From an uncultured Candidatus Saccharibacteria bacterium (GTDB taxonomy: Bacteria; Patescibacteriota; Minisyncoccia; Phycocordibacterales; UBA1006): a DNA stretch of 64,000 bases. The translations under genes were made by a program, and so were the position numbers. Shown here one piece after another: positions 30,143-38,806 of this stretch. Location of the stretch: assembly GCA_964601935.1 (NCBI GenBank), contig CAZROP010000004.1, positions 6,493 through 70,492 of the forward strand, read 5' to 3'. The notes under the pieces are model-generated. The model did no database searches, had not been told where the DNA came from, and saw nothing but the letters and a program-made list of their open reading frames with translations. Every line of letters starts with the position of its first letter. Within the stretch, counting starts at the first letter, position 1.

Positions 30143-31153
30143 TTAAACATTTGCTAACTTTTCTTTGAACTGCTTTGTAGCTGCTACATAACCACCCTCA
30201 TCGATATCGAGCAGTCCTGCCGAGTATATTTCAGACTCTCGTACCAGATAGGTGACAATTGAATTACCCGAGATGGTATATCCATGCGTAATAACACCCT
30301 CTTCTTCTAATTGATCTAGAAAGGCTACCACTTGATCTAATTGTTCTCGCGTCCCCGCAACAATCATATTCAATACCCCGCTTGTTTTGATAAAATCTAC
30401 AGAGAATATCCGCTCATGCTCCATGACAACTAATGGGTGTTGCGTAAAAAACTGAGGAGCTAGCTCGCCTATTTTACTGACCACTCTATCGTAGACAGCT
30501 AGCCTGTCGTCTTGTTTGGGTACCACAATCATACAAAGGAATTGCTCGTCGCCTGAGGTCGGGGTAATTTTTTGCCATACTGGCAAGATAAAATCATCAT
30601 AAGTGAGTGTAGCTACATCAATATCGGAGATCAGTGATTCGATACGGTATTCAGTATCATTTTTTATACTCTGATCTATCCAACGAAATGCAGAATCGTC
30701 AAACAATGAGTGTGCTATAATCCCGTCACCACCAACACGCTTCACTCTCAGGTTATGTCCAGCTGCCCGAACATCTGAAACAGGGATAATACCAATGCGT
30801 AATGATGCACCACATACAGAATGTCCGTAATGATATAGTTTTATAGATTCATAACTCACCTCACGCAACAATTCTGGCGGAAAACAGGCGACAATACCAT
30901 CGCCTGCGTACACATAGGGAATCTCAATACCTGATCGAACACTCGCACGAACCATCATATCAATACCTCCAGCTGCCAATTTCGTGACAGTGCTCCATTC
31001 ACCCTTGTCAAAAAAAGCTGTTGACGACTCTACGTCAGTAGCAAGCACATACCAATCATCAGGAACGGCTGTGAATTCATCAGGACGTGCAAATAACTGA
31101 CCAGGAACCATAGGATATCGCGGTAATTCAGAATAAAAATGCTGTGTCCCCAT
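30143..31153 (-). CDS. DUF3095-like protein with class III nucleotidyl-cyclase-like N-terminal motifs
   Basis: WYVLATDVESSTAFF (metal-Asp strand) and YVYAGDGIVACF (second Asp) resemble adenylyl/guanylyl cyclase palm motifs. Confidence 0.4.
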   Translation of the reverse strand: MGTQHFYSELPRYPMVPGQLFARPDEFTAVPDDWYVLATDVESSTAFFDKGEWSTVTKLAAGGIDMMVRASVRSGIEIPYVYAGDGIVACFPPELLREVSYESIKLYHYGHSVCGASLRIGIIPVSDVRAAGHNLRVKRVGGDGIIAHSLFDDSAFRWIDQSIKNDTEYRIESLISDIDVATLTYDDFILPVWQKITPTSGDEQFLCMIVVPKQDDRLAVYDRVVSKIGELAPQFFTQHPLVVMEHERIFSVDFIKTSGVLNMIVAGTREQLDQVVAFLDQLEEEGVITHGYTISGNSIVTYLVRESEIYSAGLLDIDEGGYVAATKQFKEKLANV

Positions 31154-31192
31154 AGGTAATTACTATATCACATTCATTTCATATCCAGCAAC

Positions 31193-31732
31193 GTGTATAC
31201 TGTGAGTGTTATGCGTATTCTCATCATTGTAGCGTGTCTGTTTGTATTGTTCTTTTCTGCTGCGGGGTATGTGCGCGTAGAGTACCCTGAACTTTTTGAA
31301 ACTATTATAGATAAGGGCAACCAGTTTATCTATAACACTACTTTTAAATTTGATAAAACCGACACAGACACTACAAATGCAGAGCCCAAAACAAACACCG
31401 CTCTATCTCCGGATGACTTACCACCTGCCACCTACGAATCCTATACTGCCGACAAACTCGCTCGCGCAAAGAAAGCCCCTGTAGTATTATTTTTTCATGC
31501 GTCATGGTGTCCGTCGTGCATATCGACAGACCGCATTTTTGTAAAAAAAATCACGACACTGCCTCCTGGGGTATCCATACTTAAAATAGACTACGATACT
31601 GCTGTCGAGTTAAAAGAGCGCTATGATATCACCTATCAGCATACCTTTGTCCAGGTTGATACGAATGGCAAGGAGCTGGCTCGCTGGAGCGGTGGCGCAA
31701 TTGACGGAATAATCGCCAACCTGGTCCAGTAA
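31193..31732 (+). CDS. membrane-anchored thioredoxin-fold protein
   Basis: N-terminal TM, WCPSC active-site motif. Confidence 0.65.
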   Translation: MYTVSVMRILIIVACLFVLFFSAAGYVRVEYPELFETIIDKGNQFIYNTTFKFDKTDTDTTNAEPKTNTALSPDDLPPATYESYTADKLARAKKAPVVLFFHASWCPSCISTDRIFVKKITTLPPGVSILKIDYDTAVELKERYDITYQHTFVQVDTNGKELARWSGGAIDGIIANLVQ

Positions 31733-31794
31733 TACATAATGCAATGATATACACCTATACGTCAATAGGGGTGTATCAGTATAATGGTACACAT

Positions 31795-33096
31795 ATGCCA
31801 AAGATAACAAAATCACATGACCTAGCCTCGCCTCGTGGTATGCGAGATATTTTCGGTCAGGAGTACTATGAAATGCAGGGCTTTTTCGAGAAAGCTCAGG
31901 AAGTCGCGATGTACTATGGATTTGAACCTATTGCTACCCCTATTTTGGAGCACGAGGATATTTGGCTGCGTGCAGCGAGTGAATCTGACGCTGTCCAAAA
32001 AGAAATGTACAGCCTTGTGACCAAGGGCGGAGACAAACTTGCCATGCGCCCCGAGAAAACCGCGGGTGTCGTTCGAGCATATATTGAACATGGGATGAAA
32101 TCCTGGACCCAGCCAGTTATGTTCTATCACTATGGACCCGTGTTCCGTCACGACAAACCACAAAAAGGCCGCTACCGCCAATTCCACCAGTTTGACCTGG
32201 ATATCCTTGGAACCGAAGCACCTGTCGCTGATGCAATCATTATTCAGACAGCCTGGAAGATCCTTCAAGAATGTGGAGCCCCAAGTGATATTTTCGTAGA
32301 GATTAATTCTATCGGAGACGAAAATTCTCGTAAAGAGCACGACAAAGAACTGCGTGCATACTATAAAAAACACTCTGCAAAATTAGCACCCCTTGATCGT
32401 GAAAGACTGAAGACTAATGTATTACGTATACTCGACTCAAAAGAAGCAAGCACTATTGAAGTTAATCAAGGCGCGCCGAAGAGTATTGACTTTTTATCTA
32501 ATCCTGCAAAAAAACACTTCAAAACAGTATTGGAACATTTGGATGAGCTGGGCATACCCTATCGAATTAACAACATGTTGGTGCGCGGACTGGACTACTA
32601 CACTCACACTGTATTTGAAATCGTAGAGCCAGTAACCGACGAGGAAACCGGCAAGACACGCACTCAGGCAATCCTCGGAGGTGGTCGTTATGATTATTTG
32701 GCGAACAGCCTGGGGCACAAGAAAGAAATTCCGGCAGTCGGGATGGCAATCGGCGTAGAGCGTGTTATTCATGCTTCATGGTGGAAGAAATTGACTCCCC
32801 GCATTATAAAGCAACCAAAGGTATACTTTATTCAGTTAGGATTCGATGCAAAACTACAGAGCCTTTCAATTATGGACGATTTGCGCAAGGCAAAGATATC
32901 TATCCTACAATCGCTGTCAAAAGATAAGCTTTCTATACAGTTAGCTGCTGCTGAAAAATCGGGTGTACCTTATGTTCTGATATTTGGTCAGCGTGAAGCC
33001 TTGGACAAAACAATTATTCTACGTGATTTAGAGGCTCGAACACAAAAGGTAATCAAGCTAAAAGATTTGATAGAAACATTAAAGAAACTAAAGTAA
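31795..33096 (+). CDS. hisS: histidyl-tRNA synthetase
   Basis: MRD motif (PRGMRDIFG), motif 2 YGPVFRHDKPQKGRYRQFHQFDLDILG, motif 3 GGGRYD; start placed at MPKITKS. Confidence 0.85.
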   Translation: MPKITKSHDLASPRGMRDIFGQEYYEMQGFFEKAQEVAMYYGFEPIATPILEHEDIWLRAASESDAVQKEMYSLVTKGGDKLAMRPEKTAGVVRAYIEHGMKSWTQPVMFYHYGPVFRHDKPQKGRYRQFHQFDLDILGTEAPVADAIIIQTAWKILQECGAPSDIFVEINSIGDENSRKEHDKELRAYYKKHSAKLAPLDRERLKTNVLRILDSKEASTIEVNQGAPKSIDFLSNPAKKHFKTVLEHLDELGIPYRINNMLVRGLDYYTHTVFEIVEPVTDEETGKTRTQAILGGGRYDYLANSLGHKKEIPAVGMAIGVERVIHASWWKKLTPRIIKQPKVYFIQLGFDAKLQSLSIMDDLRKAKISILQSLSKDKLSIQLAAAEKSGVPYVLIFGQREALDKTIILRDLEARTQKVIKLKDLIETLKKLK

Positions 33097-33097
33097 C

Positions 33098-33610
33098 ATG
33101 ACGTGGGAGCAATCAATAGTACAAAAAGAACACCCTGCGCTACATGAACGTGCAGTTGATATTCCACTAGAACAGATAACTGGTAGCGAGATTCAAGCAA
33201 TGATAGCTGATATGCATCGATTATTGCAAGAACAGCATGACGGCGTAGCATTAGCAGCCCCACAGATTGGCGCATCAGTACGATTATTCATCGTATCTTC
33301 TCGGGTATTTACAAAATTGCACCCTCTGGAGCCACTGGTATACATCAACCCTGTCATAACCAAACGCTCTAAAAATCAAAAAACTATGGACGAAGGTTGT
33401 CTGTCAGTCCGCGGCTGGTACGGAAAAACTATTCGCAGTACCGATGTTACTGTTACCGCCTATAATGAGCGTGGGCACAAGTTCACTCGCCCGGCAACCG
33501 GGCTGCTAGCGCATATATTTCAGCATGAAATTGATCATTTGGAAGGTGTTCTGTTCTGCGATCATGCTACAGATATGGAGGAGGTCGAGATACCAGAATC
33601 AGCTCGGTAG
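33098..33610 (+). CDS. def: peptide deformylase
   Basis: GVALAAPQIG, EGCLSV, HEIDHL motifs. Confidence 0.9.
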   Translation: MTWEQSIVQKEHPALHERAVDIPLEQITGSEIQAMIADMHRLLQEQHDGVALAAPQIGASVRLFIVSSRVFTKLHPLEPLVYINPVITKRSKNQKTMDEGCLSVRGWYGKTIRSTDVTVTAYNERGHKFTRPATGLLAHIFQHEIDHLEGVLFCDHATDMEEVEIPESAR

Positions 33611-33623
33611 TATACTGCTATAT

Positions 33624-34466
33624 ATGCGCGTAGTATTTTTCGGAACTCCAGCACTCTGTATACCCTATCTAGACATGCTTTCCCGAGAGCACGAACTCGT
33701 TGCTATTGTATGCAACCCTGACCAGCCTACAGGACGACGACAAGTAGTGATGCCGCCTCCGACCAAACAATGGGGTCTACAGCATGCAGTTACAGTCCTA
33801 CAACCTGAAAAACTGAAGGGCTTTGAAACCACACTCGTAGAGTATGGGGCAGATATTTTTGTCGTTGTTGCATACGGCAAGATTATTCCAGAAGTTATTA
33901 TCAAGCTCCCATACTACGGGACACTGAATGTACATTACAGCCTACTACCACGATGGCGGGGTGCATCCCCCGTAGAAGCGGCCGTGTTGGCTGGTGACAA
34001 CCTATCTGGTGTCTGCATACAACAAATGCGATTCCAGCTGGATAGCGGGCCAATTTGGGCGTCTGAAGATGTCAACATAGGACCAAGTGATTATGCCCGA
34101 ACGCTGAGAGACGGAATTATGGGCGAAGTTGGAGTGCGGTTACTGAAACAGACATTAGAGACAATTCAAACTTCTGACCCCCACTCTAACCCTCCCCCTC
34201 AAAGGGGAGGAAATACGGAACCCGCAGAACAAATCGGCGAGCCAACTTTCTGTTATCGAATTAAAAAATCTGATGGTGAACTTCTCGATACTGACGACGA
34301 TCTAACACGCTGGCGCAAGTATCGGGCCTACCACCCCTGGCCTGGGGTCTTCTATTTTGACGAATCAGGGGCTCGTGTGAAAATAAATGAGGCGGTATTT
34401 GACAATGACCACTTTGTTCCTACTGTTATTACCAAAGAGGGCGAAAAACCGATGAGACTAGTATAA
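33624..34466 (+). CDS. fmt: methionyl-tRNA formyltransferase carrying an in-frame GC-rich repeat insertion
   Basis: VVFFGTP...NVHYSLLPRWRGASP formyltransferase motifs; linker contains DPHSNPPPQRGGNTEPAEQ encoded by repeat element 34177-34221. Confidence 0.85.
   Translation: MRVVFFGTPALCIPYLDMLSREHELVAIVCNPDQPTGRRQVVMPPPTKQWGLQHAVTVLQPEKLKGFETTLVEYGADIFVVVAYGKIIPEVIIKLPYYGTLNVHYSLLPRWRGASPVEAAVLAGDNLSGVCIQQMRFQLDSGPIWASEDVNIGPSDYARTLRDGIMGEVGVRLLKQTLETIQTSDPHSNPPPQRGGNTEPAEQIGEPTFCYRIKKSDGELLDTDDDLTRWRKYRAYHPWPGVFYFDESGARVKINEAVFDNDHFVPTVITKEGEKPMRLV
34177..34221. repeat. GC-rich palindromic element copy 1 (inside fmt, in frame)
   Basis: acccccactctaaccctccccctcaaaggggaggaaatacggaac; related to copies at 38574 and 62676. 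Confidence 0.6.
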
Positions 34467-34835
34467 CTAGCCTCCATGAATTTTATTTGCTATACTCGAG
34501 TTCAGATGATGACCATTATTTCCATATCAGTGCTCTTCGCATTTTGTTTTGCCGGAGTACTGCTCCCAGCAGTCACTGCATGGGGAGCCGACGACGGTCT
34601 TGTATCTACAGGATCGTCGTTTTTCTATTGACAAATATAATTCACAGGCGTAGCATACTGTTAAAACACTGCGCCATGCTGATATTGCTATTATTTGTAG
34701 GAGTCATTCTTTACACCAGAAATACAATCGTTACCGAGTGGAAAGATCTGGCAGGTAGCTCTGTGACCGAAAAAGAGGAGTTATAATATCCAGTAGTACG
34801 GATATGGTAGCTTCTCTTTTTGCATTGATCCCGGC

Positions 34836-35285
34836 TTAATCTGTCATTAATACTTTCAGATCTGCTAGTAATCGTGCAGCATGATTAGCAGGGTCCACGT
34901 TGGCATATACCTTTGCTATGCGACCTTGTGGATCAATGATATAGGTCATGCGTTTGGTTCCACCGAGTGCATTCTGGCACTCATAATCAGCGATCGTATC
35001 ACAGTCAGGATCTGATAGTAATATAAAAGGCAAACTATATTTTGCCTTGAAACGCACATGAGACTCTACAGAGTCCTTTGAAATACCAAATACTGTAACG
35101 CCTAGCTCTGTAAATTCATCATATACATCGCGAATCATGCAGGCCTCTGTCGTGCAGCCAGGTGTGTCGTCCTTGGGATAGAAATACACCACCACCCATG
35201 ATCCCAAATAACCGGATAATGGATATACTGATCTATCATCTCCTATCAAAGAAAAACTCGGCGCCATACTGCCTGGTTGTAACAT
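34836..35285 (-). CDS. bcp: peroxiredoxin (Bcp-type thiol peroxidase)
   Basis: FYPKDDTPGCTTEAC peroxidatic Cys motif. Confidence 0.8.
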   Translation of the reverse strand: MLQPGSMAPSFSLIGDDRSVYPLSGYLGSWVVVYFYPKDDTPGCTTEACMIRDVYDEFTELGVTVFGISKDSVESHVRFKAKYSLPFILLSDPDCDTIADYECQNALGGTKRMTYIIDPQGRIAKVYANVDPANHAARLLADLKVLMTD

Positions 35286-35297
35286 AATAGGCTTATA

Positions 35298-35885
35298 CTA
35301 CCATACAACCTGACTATTATCATTTATGTATGTGTACAGACATTTTTTATATTCTTTGCCGATCAATTCTATACTCTCTTTCAGGTCTTCTAAGATACTG
35401 ACAAATGAGTCTCGCGCTTCAGCACCTTCGCCTTGCAAAGACTGCTCAAACTCTTGCCAAGCACTGTTTCTCCGAATTACGAATAGTATACTAACAATAG
35501 CAAGTGCTGCAAAGTTAACATCAATGTCATCTGCATGAGAACCTATATAATTAGCTTCCAGAGACTGAAGTACTAGTTTGTATTTTTCCACTGCCTTGTT
35601 ATACCCTGCTTTGTATGCCGGATACCTTTCTACTTCTGTTGCCACAGAATTTAGTGATGGATCTATCTGCATACTTGGAATTTCAAATTCTTCTCCTAAA
35701 CACAAAAATTTCATAAGTTTCTCTAGTTTTTCACGAGAGTATCCACGCTCATCTAAAAGGCCATGTTTCTCTTCCAAGACTTCTATGGTGCTGGCTATAC
35801 GTGATTCCATCGAAGACATATTTTCATTCATATATAACCAGCATATCATACTGATGTAGTTAGAAGAATCCACAATGAGCATCAA
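35298..35885 (-). CDS. hypothetical protein
   Basis: 195-aa ORF, no motif. Confidence 0.35.
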   Translation of the reverse strand: MMLIVDSSNYISMICWLYMNENMSSMESRIASTIEVLEEKHGLLDERGYSREKLEKLMKFLCLGEEFEIPSMQIDPSLNSVATEVERYPAYKAGYNKAVEKYKLVLQSLEANYIGSHADDIDVNFAALAIVSILFVIRRNSAWQEFEQSLQGEGAEARDSFVSILEDLKESIELIGKEYKKCLYTYINDNSQVVW

Positions 35886-35914
35886 TTACCTGCAAGCGTG
35901 CTACACTATGACAT

Positions 35915-36811
35915 ATGAAGCATGCATTGATTGTGGGAGGGTCCGGATTCATAGGTCAGGCATTGGTGAGAACATGCCTGAGCCGAGGATACCGCGTCAG
36001 TGTATTCGACATCCGTATTGGCAGTACTGAACACGAACATCTGCGCTACTATCCTGTTGACGTACAGGGCGGGAAATTGCCATCACTACCACTCTGCGAC
36101 GTGATAATCAATCTTGCAGGAGCACCCATCAATCATCGATTTACAAAAGAGTACAAAAAAATACTCTGGTCCAGCCGTATTATATGCACGCGATCTCTAC
36201 GCCAATGGGTAGAAACGCAATCCTGGCAACCGCAGATATACGTTGGTGCTAGTGCGGTAGGATATTATGGCAATCGCGGTAACGAGACATTATCAGAACA
36301 ATCACGTCCAGGACAGGGTACACTGGCACGAATCTGCGTTGACTGGGAACGTGAACATAAGGCATTCGAGAAACTAGGTATTCCAGTTGCTACACTACGC
36401 CAAGGACACGTGTTGGGTGCAGGAGGATTTTTACAAGAAATACTCCCCTGGTTTCGACGTGGGTTCAGAGTAATTATAGGAAACGGCGTCTATTATCTGC
36501 CATGGATCGACCTACGTGACCTCTGCACGCTGTATATGTCCCTGATAGAGGGAAAGATACCCCCTGGAACATATAATGCCGTGGCGACCGATATAATGCC
36601 TTATACGCGATTCTCCCGGGTACTGGCAGGTCTCACCCATGCACGAATACCATTACCTGTACCCGTATGGGCATTGCGACTACGCTATGGCGAACTGGCG
36701 GACCATATGACAGCCAGTCAGCGCATACAAACTGGTGATGCGATCGCTACCCTCTTACAGCATCCAGACCTTTCGGCATCTCTCTCAGACATTGTAACAA
36801 AGTGGCCATAA
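35915..36811 (+). CDS. NAD-dependent epimerase/dehydratase family protein (YfcH/SDR39U1-like)
   Basis: Rossmann GGSGFIGQAL N-terminus, ~300 aa with DUF1731-like C-terminus. Confidence 0.7.
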   Translation: MKHALIVGGSGFIGQALVRTCLSRGYRVSVFDIRIGSTEHEHLRYYPVDVQGGKLPSLPLCDVIINLAGAPINHRFTKEYKKILWSSRIICTRSLRQWVETQSWQPQIYVGASAVGYYGNRGNETLSEQSRPGQGTLARICVDWEREHKAFEKLGIPVATLRQGHVLGAGGFLQEILPWFRRGFRVIIGNGVYYLPWIDLRDLCTLYMSLIEGKIPPGTYNAVATDIMPYTRFSRVLAGLTHARIPLPVPVWALRLRYGELADHMTASQRIQTGDAIATLLQHPDLSASLSDIVTKWP

Positions 36812-36839
36812 TGCTTTTCTCCTTTTCCGTCATTCTAGA

Positions 36840-36860
36840 TCGGAGGCTGGGAAGACAGAA
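36840..36860 (+). repeat. 21-nt conserved intergenic motif copy A (tcggaggctgggaagacagaa)
   Basis: 20/21 identical to 46164-46184; both followed on plus strand by a terminator hairpin. Confidence 0.6.
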
Positions 36861-36914
36861 GTTTTGTAAATATCTTTGACTTTTTTGGGTTTACTTTTCC
36901 AGCCAAGAATACAA

Positions 36915-36940
36915 CAAGACCCCTCGAGGAGGGGTCTTGT
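36915..36940. terminator. terminator hairpin
   Basis: caagacccctcgaggaggggtcttg. Confidence 0.55.
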
Positions 36941-36958
36941 TCTAGAATATTACATCTA

Positions 36959-38455
36959 CTATGTTCCGGTAGTAGTTTCAGCAGTATCTTTCTTCTCGGC
37001 TTCTGACACAGGGACACCCTCGTCATTCACAGTACGGTCACGATTAGTATCGACAACAGGGTCACCTGATTTCAGAGGATCTACCATCATAGTTGATAGT
37101 CCCTTGTACTTTTCAGAGATAAAGTCCCAGAAAGGTTTTGTTAGAATAGTCACGAACTGTGTTGGCGGCATGTCATATTCATCAACAACCACACCTGATT
37201 CCAGAACTTTTTGCCCTGTATCACAACCCACCATGTAGTTAGCAAACTTTGAGGTAGTTTTGTACCAGAATCCGGTTGCTTCGTCAGGAGTTAATTCCCA
37301 TGGAGCCAAGATATATTTAGAATACGTCTGCTGGAATGCCTTTACCGCTTCGAATGTTGGAAGATCGTAGATACCAGTCACCTGGAGACGTGCATTCATG
37401 TATACATTCAAGAACATCTGGATTTTCTGTACATCAACACCGCGCTCACCCACATCCCAGTATCCTTCGATTGCAGAACAGAATGCGTTAGAGCTTGTTC
37501 CTGTAGTAGTTCCGGACTGCTGCGCAGCATATAATGCTGCCTGTACTGGATCTACCCATGATCCGCCTCCTCCCCCACCATTACCACCTTCTGGCAACAC
37601 AGGTGCTGGCGCATCAATAACAATAGCTTTGTTACCTGCTAGAGAGTTTTCTGAAGGCAAATTAGGTAATGTCAGTGATGCAGATGCATCAGTGACCGTA
37701 TCCATAGCAGTTCCTGCCAATAGTGTGAGTGCAGAGGTTGCCTGATACTGCAGATCAGGAGTCATATCGCCCGCCACTACCGTATAGGTAAATGTTAATT
37801 CATTAGTAGTTGTTTCTACGCCGAATGGACCGCCTACCAATGTAGCTGTGCCCGCGTTAGGACCAACATCCAAATCCAAGTTTGCGTTAAACCCTGCAGA
37901 GAATTTTACTGGTTCAGAAAACTGTACAGTAACAGTAATAACATTTCCTGTTGTGTAGGTAGCGTTTGGTAACGAAGAAGTTACATTAGTAACAGTTGGT
38001 GCAGGGTTCTCTACCATCTGATTAACAAAGAATGTCAGGTCCAGTATAGGATCAGGACTCGGCCAACAGGTTGGCTGGTTTGCAGGATACAAATAGAATG
38101 ATCCTGTTCCTGATACGTCGTTCACTGTTACCTGAATTGCAGAACCAGTATCACTGGACACAGTTACGCCGCCTGTAGTGACAGAACCAATAGTACCCAC
38201 CATAAAGTCGCCTGCAGAAACATCTGTTGCAGCTGGTGCAAAGTCTACATTGTATACAAAGTCTGTGGTTCCATCGACAGTATATGGAGTGAATGCAACC
38301 TGATACGCATTCGATGGATTGAATCGCTGAATAGAAGCGATTGAAGTACCTCCGAAATCAGTACAAGCCTCGATAGCAGAGACATCAGGAGTTGTAACGA
38401 ATAAACTGCCCAGAACAAGGACAAAAGCGGATAAGGTAGAAATGGTGGTTTTCAT
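36959..38455 (-). CDS. secreted protein with Ig-like region, Gly-rich linker and C-terminal peptidoglycan-binding domain
   Basis: Signal MKTTISTLSAFVLVLGSLFVT (start trimmed to ATG 38455); GGNGGGGGGS linker; PG_binding-like VQKIQMFLNVYMNARLQVTGIYDLPTFEAVKAFQ. Confidence 0.5.
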   Translation of the reverse strand: MKTTISTLSAFVLVLGSLFVTTPDVSAIEACTDFGGTSIASIQRFNPSNAYQVAFTPYTVDGTTDFVYNVDFAPAATDVSAGDFMVGTIGSVTTGGVTVSSDTGSAIQVTVNDVSGTGSFYLYPANQPTCWPSPDPILDLTFFVNQMVENPAPTVTNVTSSLPNATYTTGNVITVTVQFSEPVKFSAGFNANLDLDVGPNAGTATLVGGPFGVETTTNELTFTYTVVAGDMTPDLQYQATSALTLLAGTAMDTVTDASASLTLPNLPSENSLAGNKAIVIDAPAPVLPEGGNGGGGGGSWVDPVQAALYAAQQSGTTTGTSSNAFCSAIEGYWDVGERGVDVQKIQMFLNVYMNARLQVTGIYDLPTFEAVKAFQQTYSKYILAPWELTPDEATGFWYKTTSKFANYMVGCDTGQKVLESGVVVDEYDMPPTQFVTILTKPFWDFISEKYKGLSTMMVDPLKSGDPVVDTNRDRTVNDEGVPVSEAEKKDTAETTTGT

Positions 38456-38573
38456 ATGACAGCAGTCTACCACAGAACTGTGGATAAATGCAAGAACCCT
38501 TGACAAGACCCATAAAAAGACACTATAGGACATTCCTCGTTTCAGTATGTCTTTTATACATTATGCTCTGCAG

Positions 38574-38620
38574 ACCCCTCACCCCAACCCTCTCCCAGAG
38601 GGCGAGGGAGTACAGATAAC
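38574..38620. repeat. GC-rich palindromic element copy 2 (intergenic)
   Basis: acccctcaccccaaccctctcccagagggcgagggagtacagataac; stem CCCTCTCCC/GGGCGAGGG. Confidence 0.6.
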
Positions 38621-38806
38621 GCATGCGCGTGATGGCAAACAATCTACCAACACCGCGGGTTGGCAGTCATGCATTCAGAAAAAATATGTACACGCATACA
38701 TTACCAGACAAAAGAAAAAACCGGATACCCAATCTCTGCAACGTGCAGAATTGAATTTCCGGTCTTAATTTAATCAAGAGATAGATTCCTCAAACCAAAC
38801 TACTGC

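Noticed and set aside
34487-34786. 99-aa ORF downstream of fmt
   Set aside because: Low-complexity, Cys/Arg-rich translation with no motif; probably non-coding, kept out of feature list.
38547-38768. 73-aa ORF in 38.5-kb intergenic region
   Set aside because: Reads through the GC-rich palindromic repeat; composition-driven, no start context.
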